Shown here: positions 1 to 11,231 of the stretch, in pieces
How positions within the stretch are numbered: the first letter of the stretch is position 1
How the letters are laid out: each line of letters opens with the position of its first letter
Assembly (NCBI GenBank): GCA_001661245.1
Contig: KV454013.1
Coordinates: forward strand, 501,981-565,980
Length of the DNA: 64,000 bases
Origin: Pachysolen tannophilus NRRL Y-2460
Lineage: Eukaryota
Direction: 5' to 3'
Translations under genes and position numbers: made by a program
Notes under the pieces: model-generated
Told to the model about the DNA's origin: nothing
Databases searched by the model: none
The model's input: only the letters and a program-made list of their open reading frames with translations

Positions 1-1065
1 AGTAGAAGGGTCACCAACCATTAAAATGTTAATATCACCTCTTAAATGAGAACCATTTCTTAAGATCTTCTCAGTACCACCCATTAACATTAACAAGATC
101 GCTTTTTTAATATATTCATGTCCAAAAATTGATGGGGCCAAAGATTCTGACAAGATATCAAATATACTTTTTTTCTTGGATAAGATGTTAATTGTCCTCA
201 AAATATTATCGGTAATATTTGAATTATTAGTCTTAATTTCTTTTAACAAATAAATCGAATTAGCAAGAATTATTCTTCTAAATGTTGATGAATTAAATCC
301 GCTTCCTAAACTTCTATAAACACCAATAACCTGAAGTCTATCACCTGGTTTAACCTGATCAGCCAAGTCATCATCAACTATAATGTCTAATGACCTTGGC
401 AACTGACCTGCAGGAGCTAACTCTGGTAATTCTTGTACTGTGATAATTTGATGATCTCTGTATTTGGAAAACCCATATTCAGTAATTAATTTATTACCAT
501 CAGCATCTTCCGTTGGATAAATGGCACTCGTTGTTATTGGATTAAATGAAGTGGTTTGGTCTCTATATTCTCTTTGATGGAATCTTCCTGTTGTATCACA
601 AAAATGAACAGATTTAATAATTTTTGGTCTAATTAAAGAAGCCTTGGTAACTATACCTTCAATAGAAACCATTTTGGATAAGTAAGAAGAATTAATAGAT
701 CTCGGCGTTAGTTGGTGGTCACCAAATGATCCTCTAAAGGATAAATAAAAATCAGAATCTGCTGATAAATCACAATTAGGGAAATCCATAGGATTATAAA
801 TAACCATAATAGTATCTTTTAAAGCTCTTTCAGCTGCTGGTAAAAATTCTGAAGGAGTCTCTAATAAACCAGTCCAAAAATCTTTATCAAAATCTCTAAC
901 CTCATCAATAGAAACGCATAATCTTCTTTCACTTTTCATCAACAACTTTTTAATTAATTCTTTATAATCAGTCAGACTTTCTGAAGAATCTAAAAATTCT
1001 TGAAATCTTCTAACTCTATCACTAAAGACAACATCAGTTGAATTTTCCTCAATTGTAGTATCCAT
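1..1065 (-). CDS. MCM3: MCM2-7 helicase subunit Mcm3, N-terminal part (runs off the window start)
   Basis: Manual translation from ATG at 1065: MDTTIEENSTDVVFSDRVRRFQEFL...SIEGIVTKASLIRPK...YRDHQIITVQELPELAPAGQLPRS...VKPGDR...HLRGDINILMVGDPST; absent from the ORF track because it is truncated. Confidence 0.95.
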   Translation of the reverse strand, partial: MDTTIEENSTDVVFSDRVRRFQEFLDSSESLTDYKELIKKLLMKSERRLCVSIDEVRDFDKDFWTGLLETPSEFLPAAERALKDTIMVIYNPMDFPNCDLSADSDFYLSFRGSFGDHQLTPRSINSSYLSKMVSIEGIVTKASLIRPKIIKSVHFCDTTGRFHQREYRDQTTSFNPITTSAIYPTEDADGNKLITEYGFSKYRDHQIITVQELPELAPAGQLPRSLDIIVDDDLADQVKPGDRLQVIGVYRSLGSGFNSSTFRRIILANSIYLLKEIKTNNSNITDNILRTINILSKKKSIFDILSESLAPSIFGHEYIKKAILLMLMGGTEKILRNGSHLRGDINILMVGDPST

Positions 1066-1221
1066 CTTTCACTTCCTACAAACACTTAAACACCTATCAG
1101 CTTATAAGAGAAAATTTCACGGATAGATAGTATCAAAACATATAAATTATATAAATGGTTTTAAAATGTCCTCTATATTTATTCGTTTCTGCATTTTTTT
1201 TTTTTTAATAAAAATAAAATA

Positions 1222-1263
1222 TTTCCTCTTTAGGAAAATTAATTAAATTGAAAAAAGACGCGT
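1222..1263. promoter_or_regulatory. ECB (Mcm1) site plus MCB element upstream of MCM3
   Basis: TTTCCTCTTTAGGAAA at 1222-1237 fits TTTCC-N6-GGAAA; ACGCGT at 1258-1263. Confidence 0.7.
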
Positions 1264-1455
1264 AAAATTCCAAAATCTTAAAAATTTTGAAAACTTCAGA
1301 TGAAGTTCAACAACCTTTCAAGTGTTCAACTCATCGGGTTTTGCTTGCTCGATTAGAATAGGATTAGTGTGTTTAATAATAGCATTTCAATTTATATTGA
1401 AGAAAGAAAAAAAAATAAAGAAAGCAAAAGTATGAATGTATAAAAATTCCTAAAA

Positions 1456-4400
1456 CTAGTGGATGACAGCAACAAGATCACCTGCTTCAACCATATCTCC
1501 ATTGACGTGAACGATTTTAATAACCTTTCCTGATTTTGGTGCGTTCACAACCATTTCTGTCTTCATAGCCTCAACAACCACTAAACCTTGACCTTCTTGA
1601 ACAACATCGCCAACTTGAACCAATGATTTCCAAAATCTACCCGAATACTCGGAATAAACCAATTCTGCGCCTTCTGGAAATTGATCTTCCTCAATAACTT
1701 TAGCACCCCCAGATTGAGCCAATTCTTCATTTGCAACTTGAATCAACCTGCTAAATTCTTCTTTCTTTTCTCCACTTTGACTATCAACGAATGTCTTGAT
1801 TGAATCTATATTATCTTGGATCCAGTCCAAATATTTGGCGTGATCAAAGACAGATTCAACAATGTCAACTTTGAAATGGCCATGGTTAGCTTCTTCGCTG
1901 AATTTGTCCAATTCTTCTTCAGAGACTGGGTAGAATTCAACTTGATCAAACGGAGTTAATAACCATGGTTGATTATTAGAAAACTCTTTGGAATGCTCAC
2001 CAAGTGATAACTTGTCCCAAATTGGTATAGTTCTTCCAACCAATTGATAACCTCCAGGAGATTCCATTGTATAGATACACATGTACATACCACCAATCCC
2101 TACAGTACCGTTAGGAGTAAAAGTTCTCGATGGATTGTACTTTGTACCAAGAAATCTATGACGAGGATCTAATGGAACAGCACAAGGAGCTCCAAGGAAA
2201 ACATCACCAAGACCCAAGACAAGGAATCTTGCAGAATATAACATGTCCTTAACATCTGATCTTTCAATCCCATTAACACTAGCAATGAAATCGACATTAT
2301 TTGGAAGCCAAGGAGCATTTGATCTAATAGTTTCTTGATAACGCTTAACCGCATCTAAAGTCTTTTTATCTTCAAAAGCCATAGGCAATTTGATAACTCT
2401 TGAAGGAACACTCCATTTATTAACGACTGGTATTTCCTTTTCATAGGCAATCAATGTCTTTAGTAACATCTTTTGTGAAATCTTATATCCATCAAATTCA
2501 ACTAAAACTGATCTCACACCTTGAGACATCTCAACTATACCGACAGTTTTGTTGAAACTGACCAATTCTATTAATTTGTGAACTCTATAAGACAAATTTA
2601 AATCCATAACATTCTCTCCATACTCTACTAAGATATATCTGTCACCAGCTTGACGGTATGTGACCTCCGGTGCACTCTCGGAAACTTTAATTCTATCAAG
2701 AACTGGATCTTGCGGTTTCAGCAATACATTTGTTAAGTTTTGCGTTAGTTCCCCAGTCAAGCGTTCGATATTAGTGTCTTGAGCCTCTTGTAATAAACGA
2801 GCACTATCATAACTTATTGGAACAAACTGGATGACATCACCTGGTTTAACTTGACCAATTTTCCACATTTCAGCTTGGGATACAACTGCTTGGCAAACAA
2901 ATCCACCCAAAGATGGTCCATCGCAAGTAAGAATAACAGGTTCATCACCAGTAAAATTGATAGCACCTAATGAGTATACGTAATCATGTGCATTTGAAGG
3001 ATGCAACCCTGCCTCGCCACCATTAGCTCTTGCCCATTTAGGTTTTGGACCAATTAATCTAACCCCAAATCTATTGGAGTTATAATGGACTTTCCAGGTT
3101 TCAGAGAAAAATTCTTCAATTGATTCTTGTTTAAACAAATCTGGAGCTCCATGTGGACCACAAGTAACTCCAACTGTCCATTTCTTAGAAGGATATTCAG
3201 GGATCAAAGATTTAGGTGCTGCCTGTGGTGCATGAGTTGGAGAAGGTAAAGTACAAGCTGGCAAGCTTGGATCACCTAAGAATAAGACATCACCTAACTT
3301 CAACACTCTACCGTTATAACCACCCAAGTTTCCTAAAGCAAAAGTAGATCTAGAACCCAAGTACTCCGTGACATCAATTCCATCCCTGATGGCCAAATAA
3401 GATCTACATCCGGAGATTAATTTACCAATAGCTAATTTGTCACCTCTTTTCAATACAATTGGCTCCCACATTTGCTTGGCAACTCCATTAACTGTAACTG
3501 GTGCTTCACCACCGGTAACACTTACAATAGCGTCATGATGGAAAAGTAATGAAGGACCATTAAGTGTAATTTCAATCGCTGGAGCTTTGTTATGATTACC
3601 CACAATTCTGTTTGCTAAGCGAAATGCGTAAGCGTCCATTGGGCCAGATGGTGGCACACCAATACGCCAAAAACCAGTCCTTCCTGGATAATCTTGTACT
3701 GTTGTATAAGCCCCTGGAGAAGTTATTTCAAAGGCCTTTGCCTTATAGTCGTAAGTGTCTAATATTTTTGTGTGCATCTTAACATTTTCAAACATTTCTG
3801 AATTAGCAACTGATCTCAAGTAGTCAATATTGGTAATACAACCGTAAACGACAGTTTCATTTAATGCCCTTCTCAATTTGTTCAAGGCATCAGCACGATC
3901 TCTACCATGAACAATGATCTTCAGCAATGTTGGATCGTACTCAGCTGAGACAACTGTACCCTTTTCAACCCAACCATCAATTCTAGCCCATTCTGGAAAT
4001 TTAACCTCAGTAATTTGACCTGGTGAAGGCATGAAATCTTTGACAGGGTTTTCAGCATACAATCTTGCTTCCATTGATGCACCGCTAACTTCGACTTCAG
4101 TCTCAAAGAAATCACCTTGTGGTAAGTTAGCGCTGATATAAATCATTTTTTCGATGATATCCAAACCAGTTACCAGTTCGGTAATTGGATGTTCGACTTG
4201 CAATCTAGAATTAACTTCTAAAAAGTAGAATGCTTGTCTGCGTTCATCATATATATATTCAACAGTAGCAGCACATTTATAATTCATTGATGAAATTAAC
4301 TGTTCAGCAGCTTTTCTCATTTCTTTCCTAATACTTACTGGTAAATTTGGTGCTGGTGTTTCCTCAATAATCTTTTGGTTACGTCTTTGTAAAGAACAGT

Positions 4401-6945
4401 CTCTTTCTCCTAAAGCAATAGCTTTACCAAAACCGTCACCCAAGATTTGAACTTCCACATGTCTTGCCTTGTCAACAAATCTTTCAAGGAAAACACCTTC
4501 ATCTCCAAAATAGATTTTTCCCTGATGTTTAACCGTGTTGAAAGCCTTTTCTAAATCTTCTTCTTTATCTACTTTTTGCAACCCTATACCACCACCTCCG
4601 GCTGTTGACTTTATCATAACTGGGTACTGCAAAGATGCAGCAATCTCCTTAGCTTCAGCAGCAGTGGATACCAATCCTGAACCTGGCACTAATGGGACAC
4701 CCGCATTTTTGGCAATTTCTCTTGCAGAATGTTTCAAACCTAATTTCCGAATAGCATCACCAGAAGGTCCAACAAAAATAATTCCTTCTTTGGCTAATCT
4801 GTCTGAAAAATCAGCATTTTCAGAAAGAAACCCATATCCAGGTATAACAGCCTCAGCGCCAGTTTCCTTACATGCTTTCACAATCTTGTCTATAGAAAGA
4901 TAAGTTTCAGCAGCAGAGACACCATGCAATGGAACTGCTGTATCAGCCATTAAAACATGTTTTGCATATTTGTCTGGCTCTGAATAAATGGCAACAGATT
5001 TGACTTTCAATTTTTTCAAAGTTTTAATTATTCTAACTGCAATTTCACCTCTATTTGCTACAAGAACAACATTGAAAGGTTTCTTTGATGCTTGTGACTC
5101 AATAGATTTTATATAACTTTTCCATCCACCAAATTCAGTAATATCCTTTGTTCCTTGTTGAGTGTATCCAAATTCTTCACAAATAAAAGATTTGACCCAT
5201 TCACCTGTTTCCAACTCAACAGAACCAATACCTAAAGGTTCAGGTACCATTTCTATAAAGTCACCAAATTTTTCCTTTGGAATTGAATAAACTTCCAACT
5301 GGATATGAGAGCCAATTTCTTCGGATACTCTTCTTAAACCGGGTTTAGCTATGGGTCCAGCGGTTGGTAAAGCATACAATCTATACTTCTTTGAAGTCTT
5401 TGGTGCAGAAAGTAAAGTGGCATTAACTTTCTGTAGTTGCCAATTTAACTCCATACCTGTTAAATGAGCTCCAACAACAGCTAACTTTACTGAATTTTTC
5501 AAATCAGGTTTTGGTATATTTGGTAATAATTCATCTCCAAGTGATGAAATTGTCTTTGTAGCACCCAATGATCTTTGATTTGAGAATGATATTTTTAAAA
5601 ATCTATTTGCAAATTCTAATAAAGCGTAATCGTTAAATTTTTCAGAAATTAAAGTGATACCAAATGGTAATCCATCAGGTCTAAATCCTGCTGGAATTGA
5701 AAGAGCTGACATATCTGCCAAATTAACAAAATTTGTCCATGTACCTTGTCTTGAATTGATTAAAATTGGTTCTGCTAAAACTTCTGCAATTGTTGGATTT
5801 AAAGGTGATGTTGGTACAACCAAGAGATCAACTCCTTTTAATGCTTTTCTAACTTTTTGTAAGATCCCTTGTCTTTTGTATTCATAAGTAAATGCTGTAG
5901 CAGCATCAAATTTTGCTCCACCTTTAACTATAGTAGTAACTGTTGGATCCAAAGTCTCTACTGGAGGGTTTGTAGCATAAAAATCTTTAAGTGCTGTATA
6001 TCTTTCAGCAACCCAAGGACCTTCATATAAGCATTTTGCTAAATCTAATAAAGGTTGGAAATCAATAGAAACAATATTAGATCCAGTTTTTCCTAAATTT
6101 TCAATTGCTTTATTGAAAATTTTTGGGTTTTCTTCTTCACCAAACCATTCTAATTTTGTTGGAATTGCAATATTTACTTGGGAAGGTCCAAATTTTTGTA
6201 AAGGATTTAAAGGCATTGCTCTAGAATATTCATCATTTTCAAAATCTGGTTGTGCCATGATGTTAAAAGTCAACTGTGCATCTTCTAAAGTCAATGAAAA
6301 GATGGAAACACAATCCAAAGAATGACATGCAGGTACAACACCTTTTGTTGAAAAAACACCAACTGTTGGTTTCAATCCAATTAAATTGTTCAAACCAGCT
6401 GGAACTCTACCCGATCCAGCGGTATCTGTTCCTAATGAAACTGGGACTATACCCCTTGCAACAACTGAGGCAGAGCCTGCAGAAGAACCACCAGAAACAT
6501 GCTTACTAGAAAAAGAATTTGGAGTTATACCGTAAGGTGATCTGGTGCCAACTAAACCAGTAGCAAACTGATCCAAATTTGTCTTACCTATAACTATAGC
6601 ACCAGCTTCTTTCAACAACCTAACAACCGTGGAGTCCTCAGTTGGGGTATATGCAAAACTAGGACAAGCCGCGGTTGTTGGTAAATTTTTAACGTCAATA
6701 TTATCTTTAACCGCTATTGGAACACCATATAAAGGTAATTCTTCCTTATGTGACTTTGATTGCAAAATATCCCATTGATGCAACAATTGTTCTTCTGAAG
6801 TTAACGATATCCAAGCAGGATCAGCAGGTGCCGGTTTTTGAGTCCTTAATACAGATAAAAGAGTGTTAAAAGATTCTTGAGGAGTCGAATCTTGATGGAA
6901 CTTTACCCATTTTTCAATAGTCCAACCTATTGTATTAATACTCAT
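1456..6945 (-). CDS. DUR1,2: Urea amidolyase (allophanate hydrolase fused to biotin-dependent urea carboxylase)
   Basis: Amidase signature GGSSAGS...GTDTAGSGRVPA; biotin carboxylase ANRGEIA/PGYGFLSEN; biotin site EAMKTE; first ATG at 6945. Confidence 0.97.
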   Translation of the reverse strand: MSINTIGWTIEKWVKFHQDSTPQESFNTLLSVLRTQKPAPADPAWISLTSEEQLLHQWDILQSKSHKEELPLYGVPIAVKDNIDVKNLPTTAACPSFAYTPTEDSTVVRLLKEAGAIVIGKTNLDQFATGLVGTRSPYGITPNSFSSKHVSGGSSAGSASVVARGIVPVSLGTDTAGSGRVPAGLNNLIGLKPTVGVFSTKGVVPACHSLDCVSIFSLTLEDAQLTFNIMAQPDFENDEYSRAMPLNPLQKFGPSQVNIAIPTKLEWFGEEENPKIFNKAIENLGKTGSNIVSIDFQPLLDLAKCLYEGPWVAERYTALKDFYATNPPVETLDPTVTTIVKGGAKFDAATAFTYEYKRQGILQKVRKALKGVDLLVVPTSPLNPTIAEVLAEPILINSRQGTWTNFVNLADMSALSIPAGFRPDGLPFGITLISEKFNDYALLEFANRFLKISFSNQRSLGATKTISSLGDELLPNIPKPDLKNSVKLAVVGAHLTGMELNWQLQKVNATLLSAPKTSKKYRLYALPTAGPIAKPGLRRVSEEIGSHIQLEVYSIPKEKFGDFIEMVPEPLGIGSVELETGEWVKSFICEEFGYTQQGTKDITEFGGWKSYIKSIESQASKKPFNVVLVANRGEIAVRIIKTLKKLKVKSVAIYSEPDKYAKHVLMADTAVPLHGVSAAETYLSIDKIVKACKETGAEAVIPGYGFLSENADFSDRLAKEGIIFVGPSGDAIRKLGLKHSAREIAKNAGVPLVPGSGLVSTAAEAKEIAASLQYPVMIKSTAGGGGIGLQKVDKEEDLEKAFNTVKHQGKIYFGDEGVFLERFVDKARHVEVQILGDGFGKAIALGERDCSLQRRNQKIIEETPAPNLPVSIRKEMRKAAEQLISSMNYKCAATVEYIYDERRQAFYFLEVNSRLQVEHPITELVTGLDIIEKMIYISANLPQGDFFETEVEVSGASMEARLYAENPVKDFMPSPGQITEVKFPEWARIDGWVEKGTVVSAEYDPTLLKIIVHGRDRADALNKLRRALNETVVYGCITNIDYLRSVANSEMFENVKMHTKILDTYDYKAKAFEITSPGAYTTVQDYPGRTGFWRIGVPPSGPMDAYAFRLANRIVGNHNKAPAIEITLNGPSLLFHHDAIVSVTGGEAPVTVNGVAKQMWEPIVLKRGDKLAIGKLISGCRSYLAIRDGIDVTEYLGSRSTFALGNLGGYNGRVLKLGDVLFLGDPSLPACTLPSPTHAPQAAPKSLIPEYPSKKWTVGVTCGPHGAPDLFKQESIEEFFSETWKVHYNSNRFGVRLIGPKPKWARANGGEAGLHPSNAHDYVYSLGAINFTGDEPVILTCDGPSLGGFVCQAVVSQAEMWKIGQVKPGDVIQFVPISYDSARLLQEAQDTNIERLTGELTQNLTNVLLKPQDPVLDRIKVSESAPEVTYRQAGDRYILVEYGENVMDLNLSYRVHKLIELVSFNKTVGIVEMSQGVRSVLVEFDGYKISQKMLLKTLIAYEKEIPVVNKWSVPSRVIKLPMAFEDKKTLDAVKRYQETIRSNAPWLPNNVDFIASVNGIERSDVKDMLYSARFLVLGLGDVFLGAPCAVPLDPRHRFLGTKYNPSRTFTPNGTVGIGGMYMCIYTMESPGGYQLVGRTIPIWDKLSLGEHSKEFSNNQPWLLTPFDQVEFYPVSEEELDKFSEEANHGHFKVDIVESVFDHAKYLDWIQDNIDSIKTFVDSQSGEKKEEFSRLIQVANEELAQSGGAKVIEEDQFPEGAELVYSEYSGRFWKSLVQVGDVVQEGQGLVVVEAMKTEMVVNAPKSGKVIKIVHVNGDMVEAGDLVAVIH

Positions 6946-7109
6946 AATCAATTACAAATAATTTTTTTACTTTTAAATATTTCAATTTATGATTAGCTCT
7001 CAAACTAGAATCAACAACAACAACAACAAAAGAAGAAGAAGGGAAAAAAAGAGAGCAGAAACTTACAAATTTATATATTTCTCAATATCCATTGTTCAAA
7101 CGTTGATTT

Positions 7110-7406
7110 GATAACGACTTATCTGCTGCTTACTGAAAACAGCTTTTTGACCGCCGTTATTCTCGCCGGATAAAAATCTACTCCGCAAAGGAGAAGTTTC
7201 CTAGGAAAAGTTTCCAAAAAAAAATAAAACCTTTTCCTTGACGGTAGAAATATGTAAAGTAACGCCGAATCTCTCTATCTCTTTCTCTTTCTCTTTCTCT
7301 TTCTGTTTACTATCAAAAATTTTTTTCCAGTAAATGTTTTTTGTTCGCGGAGAAGATTTGGTTTTCTTTTCCAGTCGCCGTTGAAGATGGCCGCAAAGTT
7401 GCGGCC
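7110..7406. promoter_or_regulatory. Candidate nitrogen-regulation elements of DUR1,2 (GATAA sites and UIS-like palindrome)
   Basis: GATAA 7110, CTTATC 7118, GATAA 7169; GGCCGCAA-AG-TTGCGGCC 7389-7406 contains AAAGTTGCG. Confidence 0.45.
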
Positions 7407-7908
7407 TGGATGCAGATATGATGACGAAAACGACGAGGAAGATGTGTTAGTGTTTGATAGAGGAAATGCCAGATCTTTCGGTCAACCGAAAAATCTGGAT
7501 GTTATGTATATGAGGTGCTTGTTTTAGTTTGGATAAATACTTTATTTTTTTTTGGTTTTTTATTTGAGTTCGGAGATGGCCAGAACTGATATGCAAGGCA
7601 AGAAGTGAAAGATATCAAGTAAGTACTCAGACGGACCCTGGGACCTGATCTGTGATGCCGTCAATACCGACAATACCGTCAATACTCATAATCAATACTC
7701 GTAATCAGTATCTCTATGTCTTTGTCCCCGGTTGATTATGTAAATGTGGAAATGTATATTATAAAATACGCTATAAAAAAAAAATTCTTCTTTTTTTTTC
7801 CCTCTAGAGATTCCAACGATATTGATCACATTAAGTGTGAATTATGAATTAATTCTAGTAATAAACAGTGGTTCGAAATATTTTCTTTTTTCCTTTTTTG
7901 CTTTTTCT

Positions 7909-8628
7909 TCATATTAATTTATGTGCTTCTCTCCAAACCATTTCTAATTTATCTCTTCTGGGTAATAATTTTGGAAACACAATAATTAATTGAAACCTAT
8001 CACCATTAACTTTATCATTTTGATTTTGGAAACTTTTCCCTCCACCATGATGATCTACTATGATACACATGTAGTATATTACTTCGAACCCTTTAAAAGC
8101 TTCATTTATCACTATATCTACCACTTTATCCATGGTTATAAATTTTTTAGTAGAATGTTCCATTTTTCTCAATAACAGTACAATTATAGCTGAAAAATAA
8201 CCAGAAAAAAATGAGGGAAATACAGGTAATGGTAATACTAAATGAGTTTCTAATTGAATTCCAACCTTATCAATGATCATTAATGATTCCTTATGAATTA
8301 AACATGATGAAACCAAAATTTTAAAACTTATAATACAAATAAATAATGGAATAATAAAATAATGGAAAACTCCAATAAACGATATTACACTATTATAACG
8401 AAACCAACACAGTAAAAAATATTTGAAAATAATTGAAAAACATACAAAATTAATTATTAAAGCTAGTAATAACTTGACAATTCTTAAGAAACTTGAACCT
8501 TTTTCAGATGTAATTGTAACTTTTGTATAGTTACCATGCTCATTTTCTTTCCGATCTTTAAATGATTTAGATGTACCATTCAATGAAACACAATCAAAGT
8601 CGATAGTATAATCTTTTTTACCACCCAT
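7909..8628 (-). CDS. GPI15: GPI-GlcNAc transferase subunit H (PIG-H)
   Basis: Two TM segments then ESLMIIDKVGIQL...DIVINEAFKGFEVIYY...IVFPKLLPRR; start reset to MGGKK because the ORF-track extension runs through a (TA)n microsatellite. Confidence 0.85.
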   Translation of the reverse strand: MGGKKDYTIDFDCVSLNGTSKSFKDRKENEHGNYTKVTITSEKGSSFLRIVKLLLALIINFVCFSIIFKYFLLCWFRYNSVISFIGVFHYFIIPLFICIISFKILVSSCLIHKESLMIIDKVGIQLETHLVLPLPVFPSFFSGYFSAIIVLLLRKMEHSTKKFITMDKVVDIVINEAFKGFEVIYYMCIIVDHHGGGKSFQNQNDKVNGDRFQLIIVFPKLLPRRDKLEMVWREAHKLI

Positions 8629-8649
8629 CCATCTATTATCTTGTACATG

Positions 8650-8712
8650 TATATAGATATAGATATATATATATATATATTTATAATTATATTTATATAT
8701 ATATATATATAT
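8650..8712. repeat. (TA)n microsatellite
   Basis: Long interrupted TA runs. Confidence 0.85.
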
Positions 8713-8856
8713 TATATTATATAAATTTGTACTATTATTGATTTGATGTAATCTTTTATTTTTTTTATATATATATTTATTTTTCACATAAAATACTATT
8801 ATTTATCCCAATATATAAAATTATACAAAAACAACCCAAATTTTATAATTTACGGT

Positions 8857-11013
8857 TTATTCGAAAACCTGTTGCTCCCTCTTAGTGTTACTGTCAACTG
8901 TTCCAATAACAGTTTCATTCCTTCTCAACTCTGCCAATTTCTCATCTCTTGTCATTGGCTTAACTCCAGTCCTCAGTTCCCAGTCTTTCTTTCTCAAAAG
9001 CTCTGCATCTTCTTGTTTCTGCTTTTGATATGCTTCCTGCATTTCTTTTAACTCTCTTTCGTGTTTCTCCTTTAGCTCTTTTAATTCATGATCGTACTCT
9101 GCTAAAGTTTTAAAACTTTGGCCAGTTTCTTTGCAATAATCTCCAAAATTTACTGGTAATTTCCTAGATAAAGCTAATTCAACTATATGAGGATGTTTTT
9201 TCTCTTCAGTTGAAAATTTGGATTTGATTTGTCTTCTTGTTCTATGAGGGAATAATTGAGCTATGATGTTGAAATCAGTTCCCCAAGAAGAAAGTGCTTT
9301 GTAAAAACCAGCAAGTTCTTGTGAAGTCCAACGATCTGTAAATCTGTTCTTGCCATAAGTAGCCGACGTTATTGGGTTTTCAAAAATATTTGCATTTTCT
9401 TTAACTCTGTTGTTGTTATTCGAATCTCTTTCGTGTCTATTAACGTACAAAGATTCATCGTCAACAGCTAACTCACCTGTTGTGCCAACTTTCAACTGAA
9501 TTGCAGAATTTGTTGTCTTTGAGATGGCCCTTTCATTCTGACCGTCTTCACGTTCAATTCTCCTACGATCTTCTTTAAGTTGTTGCAGCTCTTCCAATTC
9601 TTCATCATAGTCTTTTATTGGACGTCTTTCAAGTCGAGCCTTCTGGCGTTGTTTTCTCCTCAGATCTTGACGGTCTTTCCTTTTCTTTGCGGCTTCTTTA
9701 ACCAATTCAAAATTTTCAGAAACAACTCCAAGTGGTAATGTCTGTCTACACAACTCTGTCATTGTGATAGAATCCTCATCTATTTTGAAATCCTCTAATA
9801 CATTGGTATCATTTCTGAAAAAAGCTTTTGGAATTTGTGATAAATTGTTTATAACAAATAATTCATTGCTTGGAGTGTACTCATCAAGAGGAACTTTTCT
9901 CACCACATTTAGCTGTCTATCAAGAATATATTTAAACTCTTGTTCACCGCCAACATCAACATTTGTTACGTGAACTTTACCAGTACTATCAATTATTGAT
10001 GTACCACCTTCCCTAACTACCGCGATATCTTCCTCAGGTTCAGCAGAAGAATCTGCTGTAACATAAGCATCATCTCCATCTTCTTCTTCATTGTGATTAT
10101 TTTTAATTTTCATTTTATTGTGAGCTTTTGTCTTTCTCTTTTTCGGTATATTTGAACTTGAATCATCTTCACTTTCGGTGCCAGCTCCAACCAGTGGTGC
10201 AACTACCGTAGCAGCAGCCTTGCCAAGTGTTTGCCCTTCCTCTTTTTCTTTTGATTTCCTTGTTGTATATTTACGTTTTGAAAGTTTACCCACCACTCTA
10301 TTTCTATTTCTTGCTCTTGCAGGAGCTGTTATTGGAATACCAATTTTAACTGGTTCATCAACCGCGACTTTCAAATTTTCATCAACCAGCAAAGTAGCAT
10401 CGTTATTGCTACCATTAGTAGGTGGTAAATTTGTAAGTTTCTTGGCTGTCAAACTTGCCCTTCTTAATAAACCTCCAGAACCCAATCCAGATGTGATTGA
10501 AGATAATCTTCTCTGCCTCTGTATATTTTCATTTAACGACAGTCTCCCATTGGATGGGGAATTATAATAGGTCATTGTGATCAGTTCTGTATTACCACTC
10601 GTACTCAAATCTCCCAAATTATCAACCTTGGTAGGTTCACCTTCATTTCCATGTTCTGGCGCAACTTCTTCTATTGTTGTCTTGCTAATCAATTTATCAT
10701 CGGTATTATTGTTATTGTTATTGTTATTGTTATTGTTATTGTTGGATTTCTCAAAAATATCGGTTTTCAAACTCCCAAGCACAGATTGCTGCAACTCACT
10801 CAGACCTTCACCTGGAAACCCCACTGCCTTCTGTGGTGCTGGGCTAGCTGTCTTTGCTGCAGATGGAGTAGCAGTACGAGACTGTTTCCTCTGCGTCAAC
10901 TTTGGAGTAAAACGGGTATTGGTTTTTTCTATAAAACACGTTAGTACTTCTTAAACTCTCTCAAAACTCAAAACATGTATTAAAAAGCTACACTTACTGA
11001 CAATACTACTCAT
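8857..11013 (-). CDS. BDP1: TFIIIB subunit B'' (SANT domain); exons 11013-10998 and 10928-8857
   Basis: SANT WTSQELAGFYKALSSWGTDFNIIAQLFPHRTRRQIKSKF; splicing gives MSSIVKKTNTRFTPK, matching the Bdp1-type N-terminus. Confidence 0.93.
10929..10997 (-). other. Spliceosomal intron in BDP1 (69 nt)
   Basis: GTAAGT donor, TACTAAC branch point (10946-10940), TAG acceptor; frame preserved. Confidence 0.92.
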
Positions 11014-11231
11014 CTTCAAACTACTACGGACTTGCCTAGCTAGCAATCAATATGAATATTCTCAAGTTTATAATAAATATTTATATAATTTGTTTAAATA
11101 AAAATTTTATTTCTTTTTAATTTTTTATTTTTTTTTTTTTTCACCTATTTTATCTTGTATTGAAAAGTGAAAAATTCCCTTAACTTTAAAGATAATACTG
11201 TTAAAGGAACAAGGTTGATAAATACTATAAA

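Noticed and set aside
8629..8787. N-terminal extension of the GPI15 ORF (YIYIY repeats)
   Set aside because: It is the translation of a (TA)n microsatellite with a non-ATG start
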